Shown here one piece after another: positions 50,222 to 62,693 of a stretch of 64,000 nucleotides of DNA. The stretch is taken from NCBI GenBank assembly GCA_030390025.1, contig CM059438.1, positions 70,990,001 through 71,054,000 on the forward strand, in the 5' to 3' direction. The position numbers and the translations under genes were made by a program. Every line of letters starts with the position of its first letter. The first letter of the stretch is position 1. Below the pieces are notes generated by a model. It saw only the letters and a list, made by a program, of their open reading frames with translations. It was not told where the DNA came from and searched no databases. Origin of the DNA: Squalus acanthias. Its lineage: Eukaryota.

Positions 50222-53200
50222 ATATGAACGATTCACAGAAGGATCTTTGTGTTTTGGAATTGGATAATGGCCACATAATGTACCTGAGGTTTTTGAGGAG
50301 CTTTATTAAACAAGTGAGCTGCACGATTGATAACGAGAGTTCATCCCCATGGGCATGTGATGAATGAATCCACCCAAAATCATAGAATCATACAGCACAG
50401 AGGAAGGCCATTTGGCCCATCGTGCCTGTGCCGGCTCTTTGAAAGAGCTATCCAATTAGTCTCACTCCCCTGCTCTTTCCCCATAGCCTTGCAATATGTT
50501 AGCTTATCTTTTCTCTTTCATGTGCTGACTGACGTTTTGCTTCCAGGATTTTCTCTCAGATTTGCAGCATTTGCAGCTATTTTTTTTTACTGTAATTTAA
50601 TCATTTCAATTTGGTTTAGAGAAAAAATGATATGCAAACTCTGATATTCCTCTGTATTGCTCAATTGAACGTATCTTGATATTCCTGCTCGTCAAACATC
50701 CACTTGCTCTGGCGAATGCAGCCAATTAACAGCGGGTGTCACAAGTCACTGATACCCTTTCCTGGAGGTGGCAGATCATTAATGCTCTCGAGCTTCAAGG
50801 GTATGACATGATGTCAACCCTCAGTGGCGCAAACATGGCTCAAAATGTCAAACCCCATAGAAACCGAATGGCGCAAAACGGAGATTGTAATCTAACACTG
50901 AGGGGGTGATTTTAACTTGCCAATTGGTCAGGAAACCGACAGAATCAGGTCAGCCGCTATTGGAATGAACAGAAAGTAACATGAGGCGGGGGTGTAAAAC
51001 GGGCAGGCAACCCAATCCTGTCCATCTCCTGCCAGACGGGTTAGGTGGAAATTACCCCTGGATTTTCAGATGATTATAAACCAGGTGATCTCTGCTCTTC
51101 TGCTTTACAAGGTCATCTGAACAGCAACAACCCTCCCCAACCACCGTCTCTTAATTTTGATCGCAGCCGTATTTTATTATTCACTGCCGCTGCAGCGCAC
51201 CCGTATGTGCGGTGCCAAAAGTGTGTTGAGCAGGGAGCCACGGTCACGTTCATTCACGTCAGTGTGGAGCAGGAGATGGAAAGCCCACCACCGTGGAGGC
51301 CCGCTCAAGCATGGGCCGAGGCCATTATTTGGTCACCTCTGCACACCGGTGAGAATCTTACTGATTACAAACGATCACAATGGAGTCAGTTTATTTCACC
51401 TGTAAAAATAAAATGGCCACATAGGACACCACCTCAGTTCAAAATAAAAACAAATTAAAGGTGCACTTTGGAATGGTACCATTTACAGGGCCGACAATGT
51501 GAATACATGTTGCTAATAATGTCACTTTTCACCAGTACCAGGCCACGCTAGTGTGGATACACTGCACTTTTATCACCAGTACAGTGAAAATCACGACACG
51601 ACAGAGTCACGGCATAAAGAATACATTCGATTTACAAAGGATAGTTGACAAAGGAATTCATTTCCCGTGAGGTAAGATGACCTACAGAAGACCTAGTGCA
51701 ACAACTGCTCGGATGTCAACAGTTCCGAAAGCTGTTCAACCGCCAGAGACAATCGGGTTTCTCAGTGGTACGGCCACTTGAGAATTCCCATGCCAATTGG
51801 TGCTTTGGGACTCCAAAAGCAACAGTGCTTTTCCTTCAGAACTTCAAAAGAACATTGCTCCTGTTCAGCCTCAAATTTAATAATGCCTTTTGCACATGTT
51901 ACACGATGGTCTGAGCTTATTGATTATGTTCAGCATTAGAAAAGCAGAATCTATTATAATCCACTTTTGCTAAACAATGATTTTTTGTGTGTGTGTGGTT
52001 TCTTTGAAGAATTTTTACAGGCATCACTTGATAAGCTGTAAATATGGTTAAACTAATAGCATGTTGAGGTCCTTGTCTGAGGCCATTTGTGTTCTACACA
52101 TTCTTATTATCAAAGCACAGGAGGTTCTGCTTGTAGCGCTCGATTTCAAAATATTAAAACCGCATTGCATTGAATGGTATTTTGCACCTGCCTGTGTTGT
52201 TCACCTCAAGTTAAGTCGGAGAGCTCAGGTTTGGCTTATATTGCAGCTTTCCTCCTTGTAATTGTTACGAGCTGGCTGGAAGAGTCATGTGTCCATGGCA
52301 ACGGGAGCGTCTGTGAACATGGGCACAGCAGCTGTACGAAGTGAGAGAGTGAGAGCCTGGAAGGGTTACATATCTGGGACAACTGGAGCCTCTGCAGACA
52401 GTCTCAGTGGCACAGGATCACAAAGGTGCCTGCCTTTCATAACCTTTCAGCGTTCAATACTGTAATGATAATGAGTTGCACAGGAGTCCTCACTGAACCT
52501 GGGTAAAACAGCCTCGCTGGTGGAGAGTTATGGAAAACATGGCCTGAAATGGTGGAATTCTTGTCACCCTTCAACATTCAATACGATATAATAATAATGA
52601 AAGTTTCTGCTACCAAACGTTGGACAAACTAAATCAATTTTTATATAAAAAACCCTCAGGGACCTGACTTCAGCTGCAGTACTCTGTCCGATATGGTGCT
52701 CGTTTTAGCTGCTTACCAAATCAAACATTATATCTTGATTGCAATGCATATTGCAATTTGCAATTTTCTCTTAATGGCATTTAGTTACATTACCAGTATT
52801 AAGAGTATGCATAACAGCAATATAAATGGGAAAAATTCTTATTTATCTGCTGTCTGGACTGAGAACACTGAGTTTGTTGACCATCCCTCCCTGTGCAACG
52901 AACTTAGCAAATGCCAAAGTTCCCCTATTGGGGCAGTTGATATGTGGCTGAGCCACACAGCCCAGGAATGTCCCAAATTTGATGCCCAGTTTGTGCTAAG
53001 AGAGCTGATCTTGGCCAGGGTGGCACTAAGGGCACCATATCTGGCATCAGCACTGTCAGGCTACAGAGGGGAAAAATCAGCCAAGGTGTTTCTGCGTGGC
53101 AGAGTTTACGAGCTCACTAGTTTCTGGGGAGGGCAGGTTTGAAAATTCAAGTTTGAAACAGCGCTGCGATAACTGCGAGCATATCATAGGCATGAACTTT

Positions 53201-53752
53201 AACATGAGGAAAAGGTACAAATTTTGTTGGTAAACCTAACCAGAAAAAGTCAGCTGCTCGATGTCAGCACACTACACATATCTGTCTGTAAAGCTGCCAA
53301 AAACGTTTTCAATCCCCTTGATTTAGGTCTGTTCAGATCACAAAATGCTCCCATGCTGAGCAAGGCAGAGTAAGCAACCTGCTAGCAGTTTGTGCCAAAG
53401 TCGCCACTCGGCTGGTAAACGCAGTCCGTCATGTTTTGCCCTTGCCCGCACCACCGCCCCCCTGCCCTTCCTCTCCCCAAGACCTGAGTGAGACCATTTA
53501 CTTGTCACTTAGGGAATTTTAGATGCCAGTGTGCATCTATCCACTCTGTGGGACAACACAATAGAACATCAAGCTGCACCGAGGACAATGCAGCTTTATA
53601 ATAGCTGATACAAGTCTGTGTGGCTGATGAGGAACATAGTAAGAACAGCAGATTGAGTTAACAGATTAATGAGCTGTATCCATTTCTCTAAAAATTTCAT
53701 TCATAAAAAGTACACATATAAGAGGAAAGCTTTTTTGTTATCTTCAAACATT

Positions 53753-53875
53753 ATCCTTTCAGCTCTGGACTTGGGTTTAAATCTAATCCATTAAAAGATG
53801 GGTAATTCTACTCCTCTCCCTGATGACAGCTAAGAGTCTTAACTGAAATGAGTTTAGGCAACACTCAGTTAAGTT
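53753..53875 (+). mobile_element. Possible LF-SINE-like fragment
   Basis: cctttcagctctgg...tgggtttaaatc...tgatgacagc...tgaaatgagtt resembles the LF-SINE 5' part as I recall it. Confidence 0.4.
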
Positions 53876-55521
53876 ATTGGTGAATTTGATCAATACGGAT
53901 TGATTTTTTGATTTCTTTTCTGACCTCAGCTTATTTTTATTGAGTTAAAAGTTCAGCCCCTCTGTACTGTTGCCCTGTGCTTTGAACACTGCACAAAGCT
54001 AGGAAAACAACTGATATCAATCAGACCAGACTGTAGTGTTTTTACATGTCTCTTTAAGTGCTCAATCTTGCCTCCCTCTAAGCTTCCCTCCTCATCCACT
54101 GTCCTGCCAGCTGGTGCCTATTTCCTAAACTCTGTTTCTCGCTTCACAGATGCTGCCTGATCTGCTGAGTGTCTCCAGCATTTTCTGTTTTTATTTCCTG
54201 TTTCCTAAGCCCTTTCTTGGCCTTCCCTCTGCTACCCCTTCCAGACAAATGCAATTCGATCCAAATCAGCAGCAAAGCCATTATATCTGCCCGGCTACCA
54301 TGTTGTGCCAAATCTTGGTGCTCCAACCCTAAAGGGCTGTAATCTGGAAATTCCCAATTTTATGTAAATTCTAACCTTTCGCAATTGTATGGCTGGCATG
54401 GCACCACTGTCGCAGTGATTAGAGGGTGCAAGCAACAAAGGTAACACATACTAATGTATCTGAATGGTCACCACATTGGCCTCCAGTTCTCCAATTGGGT
54501 TGCAAATTTTTAACATGGATTTATCTGAGAGAGTATCGCTGTGGTGTAATGTTGTCCCATATAGGCAGAGAGTTACGCAAAGGGTTAGTCAACATTACTG
54601 AATACAAGATACGAATTCGGTAAATTGCAGTGTTCTACCAAATGCTAATGGGAACCTATTTGCCGCAGCCTAAATCAAAAATAGAGAAATCGAAGAATCA
54701 TATTTTAACTTTTAAATAACGGTAAGAAAAGTGACTCTCCGAAGGATTGGGCAGTGGAATTGTGTTCAATGCGTTAAGGTGAGACAAAAAACAGCTTCTG
54801 ACCTGTCTCCCCACTAAACAGGAACAACTGCACCATTACCAGCCACATTAGCAAATTCAGACCTGCTGATATTGAGAAGTTCCTTCTATCAGATTTGTAT
54901 GTTTATTTGTTTTAAAGATGTCACAGTTAGGAACCTTTCAAAAAAGACACTTACAAAGAATCTAGAATTAACTCTTAACAGCATTTTGTTTTTCTCTGTC
55001 TGTTGTCGATGCTTATTTTGTTGTTGACTTTCAATGTTTTTGTTAATATTAGTGAACTATCTGGAAAGAATGGGTGCGCCATATCCTGTGAATGAGCTGG
55101 TATGGTGGGGGGTGGGTGGGGCAGGGGGCGGCAATTGAATTGGTGAAGCACCCTGGGCTGAACTTTTTTTCCCTCCCTTCCTTGGGTGGTGCCGATTCAT
55201 TCACTCAGCACCAGGCCCAACTCCACACAGTGACCCATGGCAGACTAGGTGACTGTTGGGAGGCCATCACAGCTGGACCTTTACTTTCAAGCAGAGAGCC
55301 AAGATCAGATGCATTTAAAGTCATAGCACCCCTTTACAGAAAAGGTTTGAGATGAGCATTTGATAGATTTGAAAAGAGAAAATACTGCAGATGCTGGAAA
55401 TCTGAAATAAAAACAGAAAATGCTGGAGATACTCAGCAGGTCAGGCAGCATCTGTGAAGAGAGAAACAGAGTTAACGTTTCAGGTCGATGACCTTCATCG
55501 ACCTGAAACGTTAACTCTGTT

Positions 55522-55748
55522 ACGATAGCAAAATACTGCAGATGCTGGAAATCCGAAATAACAACAGAAAACGCTGGAAAAACTCAGCAGGCCAGGCAGC
55601 ATCCGTGGAGAGAGAAACAGAGTTAACGTTTCAGGTCGAAGACCTTTCGTTCTGACGAAAGGTCTTCGACCTGAAACGTTAACTCTGTTTCTCTCTCCAC
55701 GGATGCTGCCTGGCCTGCTGAGTTTTTCCAGCGTTTTCTGTTGTTATT
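55522..55748. mobile_element. Penelope-derived fold-back element (inner, nested), 227 bp, perfect 14-bp TSD
   Basis: Perfect 94-bp inverted repeat 55557-55650 / 55655-55748 with loop tctg; 35-nt extension 55522-55556; TSD acgttaactctgtt at 55508-55521 and 55749-55762. Confidence 0.9.
55652..55685 (+). ncRNA. Hammerhead-ribozyme-like core
   Basis: CUGACGA-A-AGGUC-UUC-GACCU-GAAA-CGUUAACUC. Confidence 0.45.
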
Positions 55749-57290
55749 ACGTTAACTCTGTTTCTCTCTTCACAGATGCTGCCTGACCTGCTGAGTATCT
55801 CCAGCATTTTCTGTGTTTATATTTGATAGATTTGTTTGTGATAAAGGAAAGCTGGGGGAACATTGTTATGTCTGTTGTACCCACAGCGACGGGTCTTTTT
55901 CTGTAAGGTGGGGCTACGATTCCATTTATTGAGCCGCTTTTCACAAGTTAGCTCTTGAGAGGTGATTCCGTGATGTAGAGCACCCAGCCGGGAGTGGGAC
56001 TCGCAGCGAGCACATCGTGGAAACCGCTTGCGAGTGGCCAGTGATCTTCTGCTCATTAAAATTAATGAGATTAATGGACAGAAAGTCACTGGCCTTGTGC
56101 CCTCCACGTGATCGCTCCCATTTCTGCTCCCTGCTGGAATTGCCAAATCACGGAATCTCCCCTTTAGGTGATAGCAATCAGGGGCCGCAAACCCAAGCTG
56201 ATTTCTCCCCCACCCAGCCCCTCAACATGTCCTCACTTGGGAGCTGTGGCCAATCATAACGCTCCTTCTACCGACCTGGCTGACGTCAGTTAACTCAGCA
56301 CAGACTGCGGATGAATAGTTGGAGCTCCCTAATCTGGACAGCTGAGTTGCTCGCTTATTAACTGATCCATTGGAGGAGCTGGGTGGGATACTCTTTGCTG
56401 CTGCTAGTTCAGCTCTTTCGTACTGTCAGGCTCCTTCCAGCCAATTCCCCTGCTACGGTCAAAAGCCCTCACTGTTTATAGAAGGATAAGAAAAACAGAA
56501 CTAGACCGAAATGAACAAAAAAATAGAATGTTAGCCTGTCTTCATGGCGAGACTCTCTCTTCCAAAAAGGGGCCCCGGTGGTGAGAGTCCCCTTACTTAA
56601 AGGTTTCACCTCAGAAGACTGAAGTCGAAGCTCTTCTGGTACATTTCATAGGGAAGGGTGAGACTTGGAGCAAAAAGATCAGATTAAGTGCAAGTCTGAT
56701 GACATTAATAATTCGCTTTCAAATATTTCCTGCTAAGTATTTGCTGCCTGCTAATCAGCACCGCATGTAGGCTGTCATCAGCGCTTTGCATTGCACTGGG
56801 TTACGGGTCTGTCTCGGGTCGTACTGGTGGGACTTATCAAGCTGTCCTCAGCCGGGCTGTTCTTTGCTTAAATCGGAGACACTGCGTGCGAGGAGTTTCC
56901 TTCCTTAAAAAATTTACAGCTGTGTTCCACTTCAAGTACTTTTTAACTACCACTGGCTACTGTGCCTCTAATTAAACACAGATGCTACTTTTTTTTTTAT
57001 TGTGAGGTTATGAACCCCCATTTTTTTTTTAAAATCCAGGGTTGTTTTCAGTTACCGATCCACCTATCTCCACCCCACCCACCCCCTTGCTGGTTTACCT
57101 GAGCAGCACTCAAACGTATCCAAGTCACGAGGCAATCCCATTCCTCTAAAAAAAAAAATTGCTCTCAAGAGGCTGCACACTCTACCAGCTCGGGGGAAAC
57201 CCTCGCCAACCCTCCCTTAGCCCGCACGATTTCTGTCCCCCTCCCCGCTACCACGCAGATGAGATTGGGAGAACCCACCAGGGATCGGAG

Positions 57291-57451
57291 GGGTAGAATT
57301 CCGTCTTGGGCGGTCGCGCGAGACAGGCAATACTGTATTGGCTGCCTGTTGTGCGCCCTGGTGCGATACTCCGTTGCGAGCGGAGGGTACGAGAGGCGGC
57401 CCGTGCGATTCCGCCCGCTTCGCGCCACTGCCCCAGGCGAATTTCGACCGC
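57291..57451. mobile_element. CpG-rich short MITE
   Basis: Imperfect TIRs gggtagaattccgtcttgggcggt / actgccccaggcgaatttcgaccg. Confidence 0.5.
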
Positions 57452-58397
57452 TTGAGTGTATTGCACGCGCGGATCCACACGCCAGCACTCTGTGACATCA
57501 CGCGTAGCCGCACCAGTGGCTGCCCCGCCATACCGCCACACACACTAATGCTTTCCTTTTCCGTGGTCTTGTTAGTGTATGGTTACAATTTTGTTTTCTG
57601 TACCACATTATTTGCCCTCAAGGGGGCCAAAAAACCATAAAAATTGAGCAATAAATATTGTGACACTTGTAGTAAAATTCATTAGGAACATGAGGGGCTT
57701 TTTTTTTGTTGGAGGAACTGAGTAATTTTCCTTTGTAAGTACTCTATAATATATAAGTGTTCCAAGGGCTGTTTTCCACAGACTCAGAGTGCTGACTTGC
57801 GGCTTGGCAGCTGTACAAGGAGCAGCCAAGAGACAGCCTCGCTGTTCAAGGGAGTGCACAGGATGGCACAGTAGCCCAGTAGCTGTGTTTACATGGGCAA
57901 GTTGTGCCTCGAGCAACGCCAAACACAATTACAGAACACAGTTAACAAAGATGTACTTTCTCGGAATTCATTCAAATTATTTGAGCAAAAACAGCTTAAT
58001 TTTAGAATGCTGAAGTAATGAGAGGCTATGAAATTAGAGAGGGTATACTTAACTCTCAGTGCAGGGAGGGGACAGAGAAAATGAGCATGATGTATGTTTT
58101 ACACAGGAAGATTATTTAGAAAGAAACACATGATCAATATGCAGGTACCGTGCCCTAGCAAATGCTCCTGTTGGGAATCTATCATGTGCTTGCTTCAGTG
58201 ACCAGAGCTGGGCAGGTGCCCCAGTTGTCCTCCATTCACCCCTCTCCCCTCCTCCAGCTGCTTTATTTCTGTATTCCAGATCAAGTCAGTTCAGGACAGT
58301 AGGGTTCCTCGCATTTTTTATGTGGGAATGATCACATTTACTAAATCGCATTGAAGACTGAGGATAAAAACACATGTCCCGAGACACTCAGCAACCT

Positions 58398-58712
58398 CGT
58401 GGGGGAATCTAGAACTCAGGGGCATAATTTCAGAATAAGGGGAAACCCTTTTAAATTGGAAATGAGGAGGAATTTCTTCTCTCAGAGGGTCGTGAATCTT
58501 TGGAATTCTCTTCCCCAGAGAGCTGTGGAGGCTGGGTCATTGAATATATATAAGGTGGAGATAGACAGATTTTTGAACGATAAGGGAGTCAAGGGTTATG
58601 GGGGGTGGGCAGGGAAGTGGAGTTGAGGCAAAATCAGATCAGCCATGATCTTATTGAATGGCGGAGCAGGATCGAGGGGCCAAATGACCTACTCCTGCTC
58701 CTACGTCTTATG
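58398..58712 (+). mobile_element. CR1 LINE 3' end
   Basis: Encodes VGESRTQGHNFRIRG...RRNFFSQRVVNLWNSLP; CR1 3' UTR follows. Confidence 0.9.
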
Positions 58713-58744
58713 TAGAAGCTACTGTGTCACCCTTGAAGTGGATT

Positions 58745-60073
58745 CACTGTCAACTGTGAGGGATTATGGAGTGTCCTCCTCAAATTCGGCTGCCCTCAAA
58801 AGTTTGTCACCATCCTCCGCCTGCTTCATGACAACATGCAAGCCGTGATCCTGACCAACGGTTCCACCACAGACCCAATTCATGTACGGACCGGGGTCAA
58901 GCAAGGCTGTGTCATCGCACCAACGCTCTTCTCGATCTTCCTTGCGGCAATGCTCCATCTCACCCTCAGTAAGCTCCCCGCTGGAGTGGAGCTAATTTAC
59001 AGAACAAACGGGAAACTGTTCAACCTCCAGTCCAGATCCAAGGTCGTCCCTTCCTCTGTCGACGAATTACAGTATGCAGACGACGCTTGCGTCTGCACAC
59101 ACTCGGAGGTCGAACTCCAAACCATCGTTAACACCTTCACCGAAGCGTACGAGAGCATGGGCCTTACACTAAACATCCGTAAGACAAAGGTCCTCTACCA
59201 ACCTGCCCCCGCCACACTGTACTGCCCCCCGATTATCAAAATCCATGACAAGGCCTTGGACAACGTGGACCACTTTCCATACCTTGGGAGCCTACTGTCA
59301 ACAAGGGCAGACGTCGATGATGAAGTTCAACACCGCCTTCAGTGTGCCAGTGCAGCCTTCGGTCGCCTGAGAAAGAGAGTGTTTGAAGACCAGGACCTCA
59401 AACCCGGCACCAAGCTCATGGTCTACAGAGCAGTAGTAATACCCGCCCTCCTGTATGCCTCAGAGACATGGACCATGTACAGCAGGCACCTCAAAGCACT
59501 GGAGAGGTACCACCAACGCTGCCTCCACAAGATCCTGCAAACCCATTGGCAGGATAGGCGCACCAACGTCAGTGTTCTCGCTCAGGCCAACACCCCCAGC
59601 ATTGAAGCTTTGACCACGCTTGCTCAGCTCCGATGGACGGGCCACATCGTCCGCATGCCCGATACGAGACTCCCAAAACAAGCGCTCTACTCGGAGCTCC
59701 GACACGGCAAGAGAGCCCCAGGTGGGCAGAGGAAACGCTTAAAGGACACCCTCAAAGCCTCCTTGAAAAAGTGTAACATCCCCACCGACACCTGGGAATC
59801 CCTGGCCCAAGACCGTACAAAGTGGAGGAGAAGCATCCGGGAAGGCGCCGAATACCTCAAGTCTCTTCGCCGGGAGCAAGCGGAAGCCAAGCGCAAACAG
59901 CGGAAGGAGCGCACGTCAACCCAAGCACCCCACCCACCCGCCCCTTCAACCACCGTCAGCCCCACCTGTGACAGAGACTAGGTCCCGCATTGGACTCACC
60001 AGTCACCTGAGAACTCATTTTTAATGTGGAAGCAAGTCATCTTCGGTTCCGAGGGACTGCCTAAGAAGAAGAG
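58745..60073 (+). mobile_element. 5'-truncated RTE-clade LINE (RT domain and C-terminus; ORF 58836-59981)
   Basis: GVKQGCVIAPTLF, LQYADD, FPYLGS, LLYASETW and QLRWTGHIVRM motifs; ends gagggactgcctaagaagaaga. Confidence 0.95.
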
Positions 60074-61283
60074 GGGATTTTTAACCAATTATGGAAACAA
60101 TGTGTTTGTGACTGGTCTGAGCTGTTTATTTGCTGAGCCTAATCTCTTTGTTGAGTCTTCTTGAGACAGAAAAGGAGGTGTTGTTTGTGAGGAGATGCGT
60201 TAACGGACTTACAATGATCAATGAGATTGTTTCCAAACAGTGTTAGAATACAAAGTCTAATGGGCTGCTCCTTCAAGGAACAGTATTGCCTCAGAGTCCC
60301 GGTACTGTGGAAACTGTGCCTCTTATATTCGATTCTATAGCAAGCACAACGACAGAGAAAAGACTGCTTGAATAGTTTTTATGCCATAGTTCCTGACTTT
60401 GTTTTTGGCTATCGTACCTTCCCCATTGGCTGTGGAAGTCCATATTGGCCAGTGATTGCAAGACCTGCTGGGCTGAGCTGCCTTCACCTCCCAAACTGCA
60501 GTGTTTAAATTACCATCTGGGATTGTATTAGAGCTGGAGGACACCACTGGTGCATCTTAGAAAATTGGACTTTGGCTGAATGTCAACTACAGAGATCCTT
60601 TTTTTTCCCTCCAGCTATTTGAGGTCAAATAGTCTGAACACTGATGTGCTCACATCATATAGAGAAGCCCGACCATTTGCCAGCAGCCCGAGCAGCAAAG
60701 TCATGCCCTGATGAGAAAGAAAGACTTACATTTCTACAGCGCCTTTCACAACCTCAGGACGTCCCAAAGCGCTTTACAGGCAATGAAGTACTTTTGAAGT
60801 GTGGTCACTGTTGTAATGTAGGAAACGCGTGAGTGACACAGCGAGGGTTAAAATGGAAACTGGACGAAGTACTTCTTGATAATTAGCTGCACATTTAACT
60901 TCAATGAAACGGGCATTGATAAAAATCAGAGTTTTAATCTTCTGATTCATGTCATTGCCTATCAGAGCCATACAGTGCTTTGATAGGTGAAGGTGACTCT
61001 TGACACCCATTGCAGGCACAGAAAATGAATACCCCCACCCCCACCCCCCCCTGCAACTGAAACAGAATATATCATAAAAACAAGCACCAGGGAGTATTAT
61101 CAAAGCTGTAATCGAATATCAGATGGCAGATATGAACTGATATCATTGTGACCCTTCAATTTGATCTCTGCCTGTAAATCCCTCCCAGGTATTGACTTAA
61201 ATATTTTATTTAGATCTTTTTCTTTCCAATTTTCATTGTCAATTTACAATCTGAGCTCCACAGAAAATGTTTCTTTCCTTCAC

Positions 61284-61596
61284 TGTCTTTCGGGTGAGAT
61301 GTTAAATCAAGGCCCCGTCTGTCCTCCTCAGGTGGATGTAAAAGATCCCACGGCGCTATTCGAAGAAGAGCAGGGGAGTTCTCCCCTGTGTCCTGGCCAA
61401 TATTTAACCCCCCAACCAACAGATGATCTGGTCATTATCTCATTGCTGTTTGTGGGAGCTTGCTGAGGGAAAATCTGCTGCCGCGTTTCCTACATTACAA
61501 CAGTGATTCCACTTCAAAAAGTAATTAATTGCCTGTAAGGCACTTTGGGACGTCCTGAGGTCGTGAAAGGCGCTATATAAATGCAAGTTCTTTCTT
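61284..61596 (+). mobile_element. Deu-type SINE 3' part (another short piece at about 60717-60829, minus)
   Basis: ggtgagatgttaaatcaaggccccgtctg...aaggcgctatataaatgcaagttc. Confidence 0.85.
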
Positions 61597-62368
61597 TAAC
61601 TGTGGACTATTTTCAACTGCAATCTGTTTGGCAGGAGAGGCTGTGGTGGATGTACTTGTATTGTGAATATCTATCAGGGATTTCTCGTGATAGTGTTGAA
61701 CATTTTATCTTAAGAACTTGTTGGGGAAGAGCCAGTGGAAATGGTTAAATGTAAATTCAAACTGTGCTTTCTTCTCCGATTCTATGAATCGCCTCCCTTT
61801 CCCTTTTAACCCGTTATTTAGACAAAGCAACACGGTCATGGGACATGCACCTACTGATGTGCAGAATCTAACATTAGATTAAGTTAAATGTGCGAGCAAA
61901 GTGAGCAAAGTATAATACATATGCCAGGGCGCAATCAGCAATCCGGGCCCAAATTGCGCCAGTTATTCCTCACGTTTCCGCTCAAACTCATCTGCATATC
62001 GCCGAACGTAAAATCTGCCGTGAACCAGCGCGATCGGGCAGCGTCTTAGATCGTAATTTTACAAAAAAATGTTTAAAAAATATTCCTTGATCTATTTAAG
62101 AGCGGTAACTTCATGCAGTTTGATTAATACAGCTGAAAATGGGTTTATTACAAAGGATAAGCATTGTTAATCAGAGTGTCAAGTCCACCACCTGTGAGTA
62201 ACCTGGTTTTAAATAACTGAAAATGACTTTAAAAAAACTATACAGAACCATTTGCCAGTTATATTGGTGTACACTAGTCAGTTTCTTAGTAAATTTAAAA
62301 AAATTGGCCGAGAAATTCATCTTGGGCGGTGGCGTAAAACGGGTGGTATCGGATCGGCCGCCCGTTAT

Positions 62369-62693
62369 ACATAAGAACATAAGAAATAGGAGCAGGAGTC
62401 GGCCATTTGGCCCCCCGAGCCTGCTCCGCCATTCAATAAGACCATGGCTGATCATCTACCTCAACTCCACTTTCCTGCACTATCCCCATATCCCTTGATT
62501 CCCTTAATATTCAAAAATCTATCGATCTCTGTCCTGAATATACTCAACGGCTAAGCCTCCACAGCCCTCTGGGGTTGAGAATTCCAAAGATTCACCGCCC
62601 TCTGAGTGAAGAAATTTCTTCTCATTCTCAGTGCTAAATGGCCGACACCTTATTCTGAGACTGTGACCCCTGGTTCTAGACTTCCCAGCCAGG
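62369..62693 (-). mobile_element. CR1 LINE 3' end
   Basis: acataagaacataagaaataggagcagg tail; the minus frame reads LAGKSRTRGHSLRIR. Confidence 0.9.

Larger units (their letters stand above)
55372..55820. mobile_element. Penelope-derived fold-back element (outer) with perfect 14-bp TSD
   Basis: TSD atttgatagatttg at 55358-55371 and 55821-55834; arms meet at caggtcgatga-cct-tcatcgacctg. Confidence 0.88.

Noticed and set aside
51045-51458. 137-aa plus-strand ORF
   Set aside because: Starts at GTG in the end of a short MITE (about 50901-51058); no domain similarity or splice support.
55372-55820. Repeated units that might suggest a CRISPR array
   Set aside because: The repeats are inverted and nested with TSDs, not direct repeats with unique spacers; the context is eukaryotic with no cas genes.
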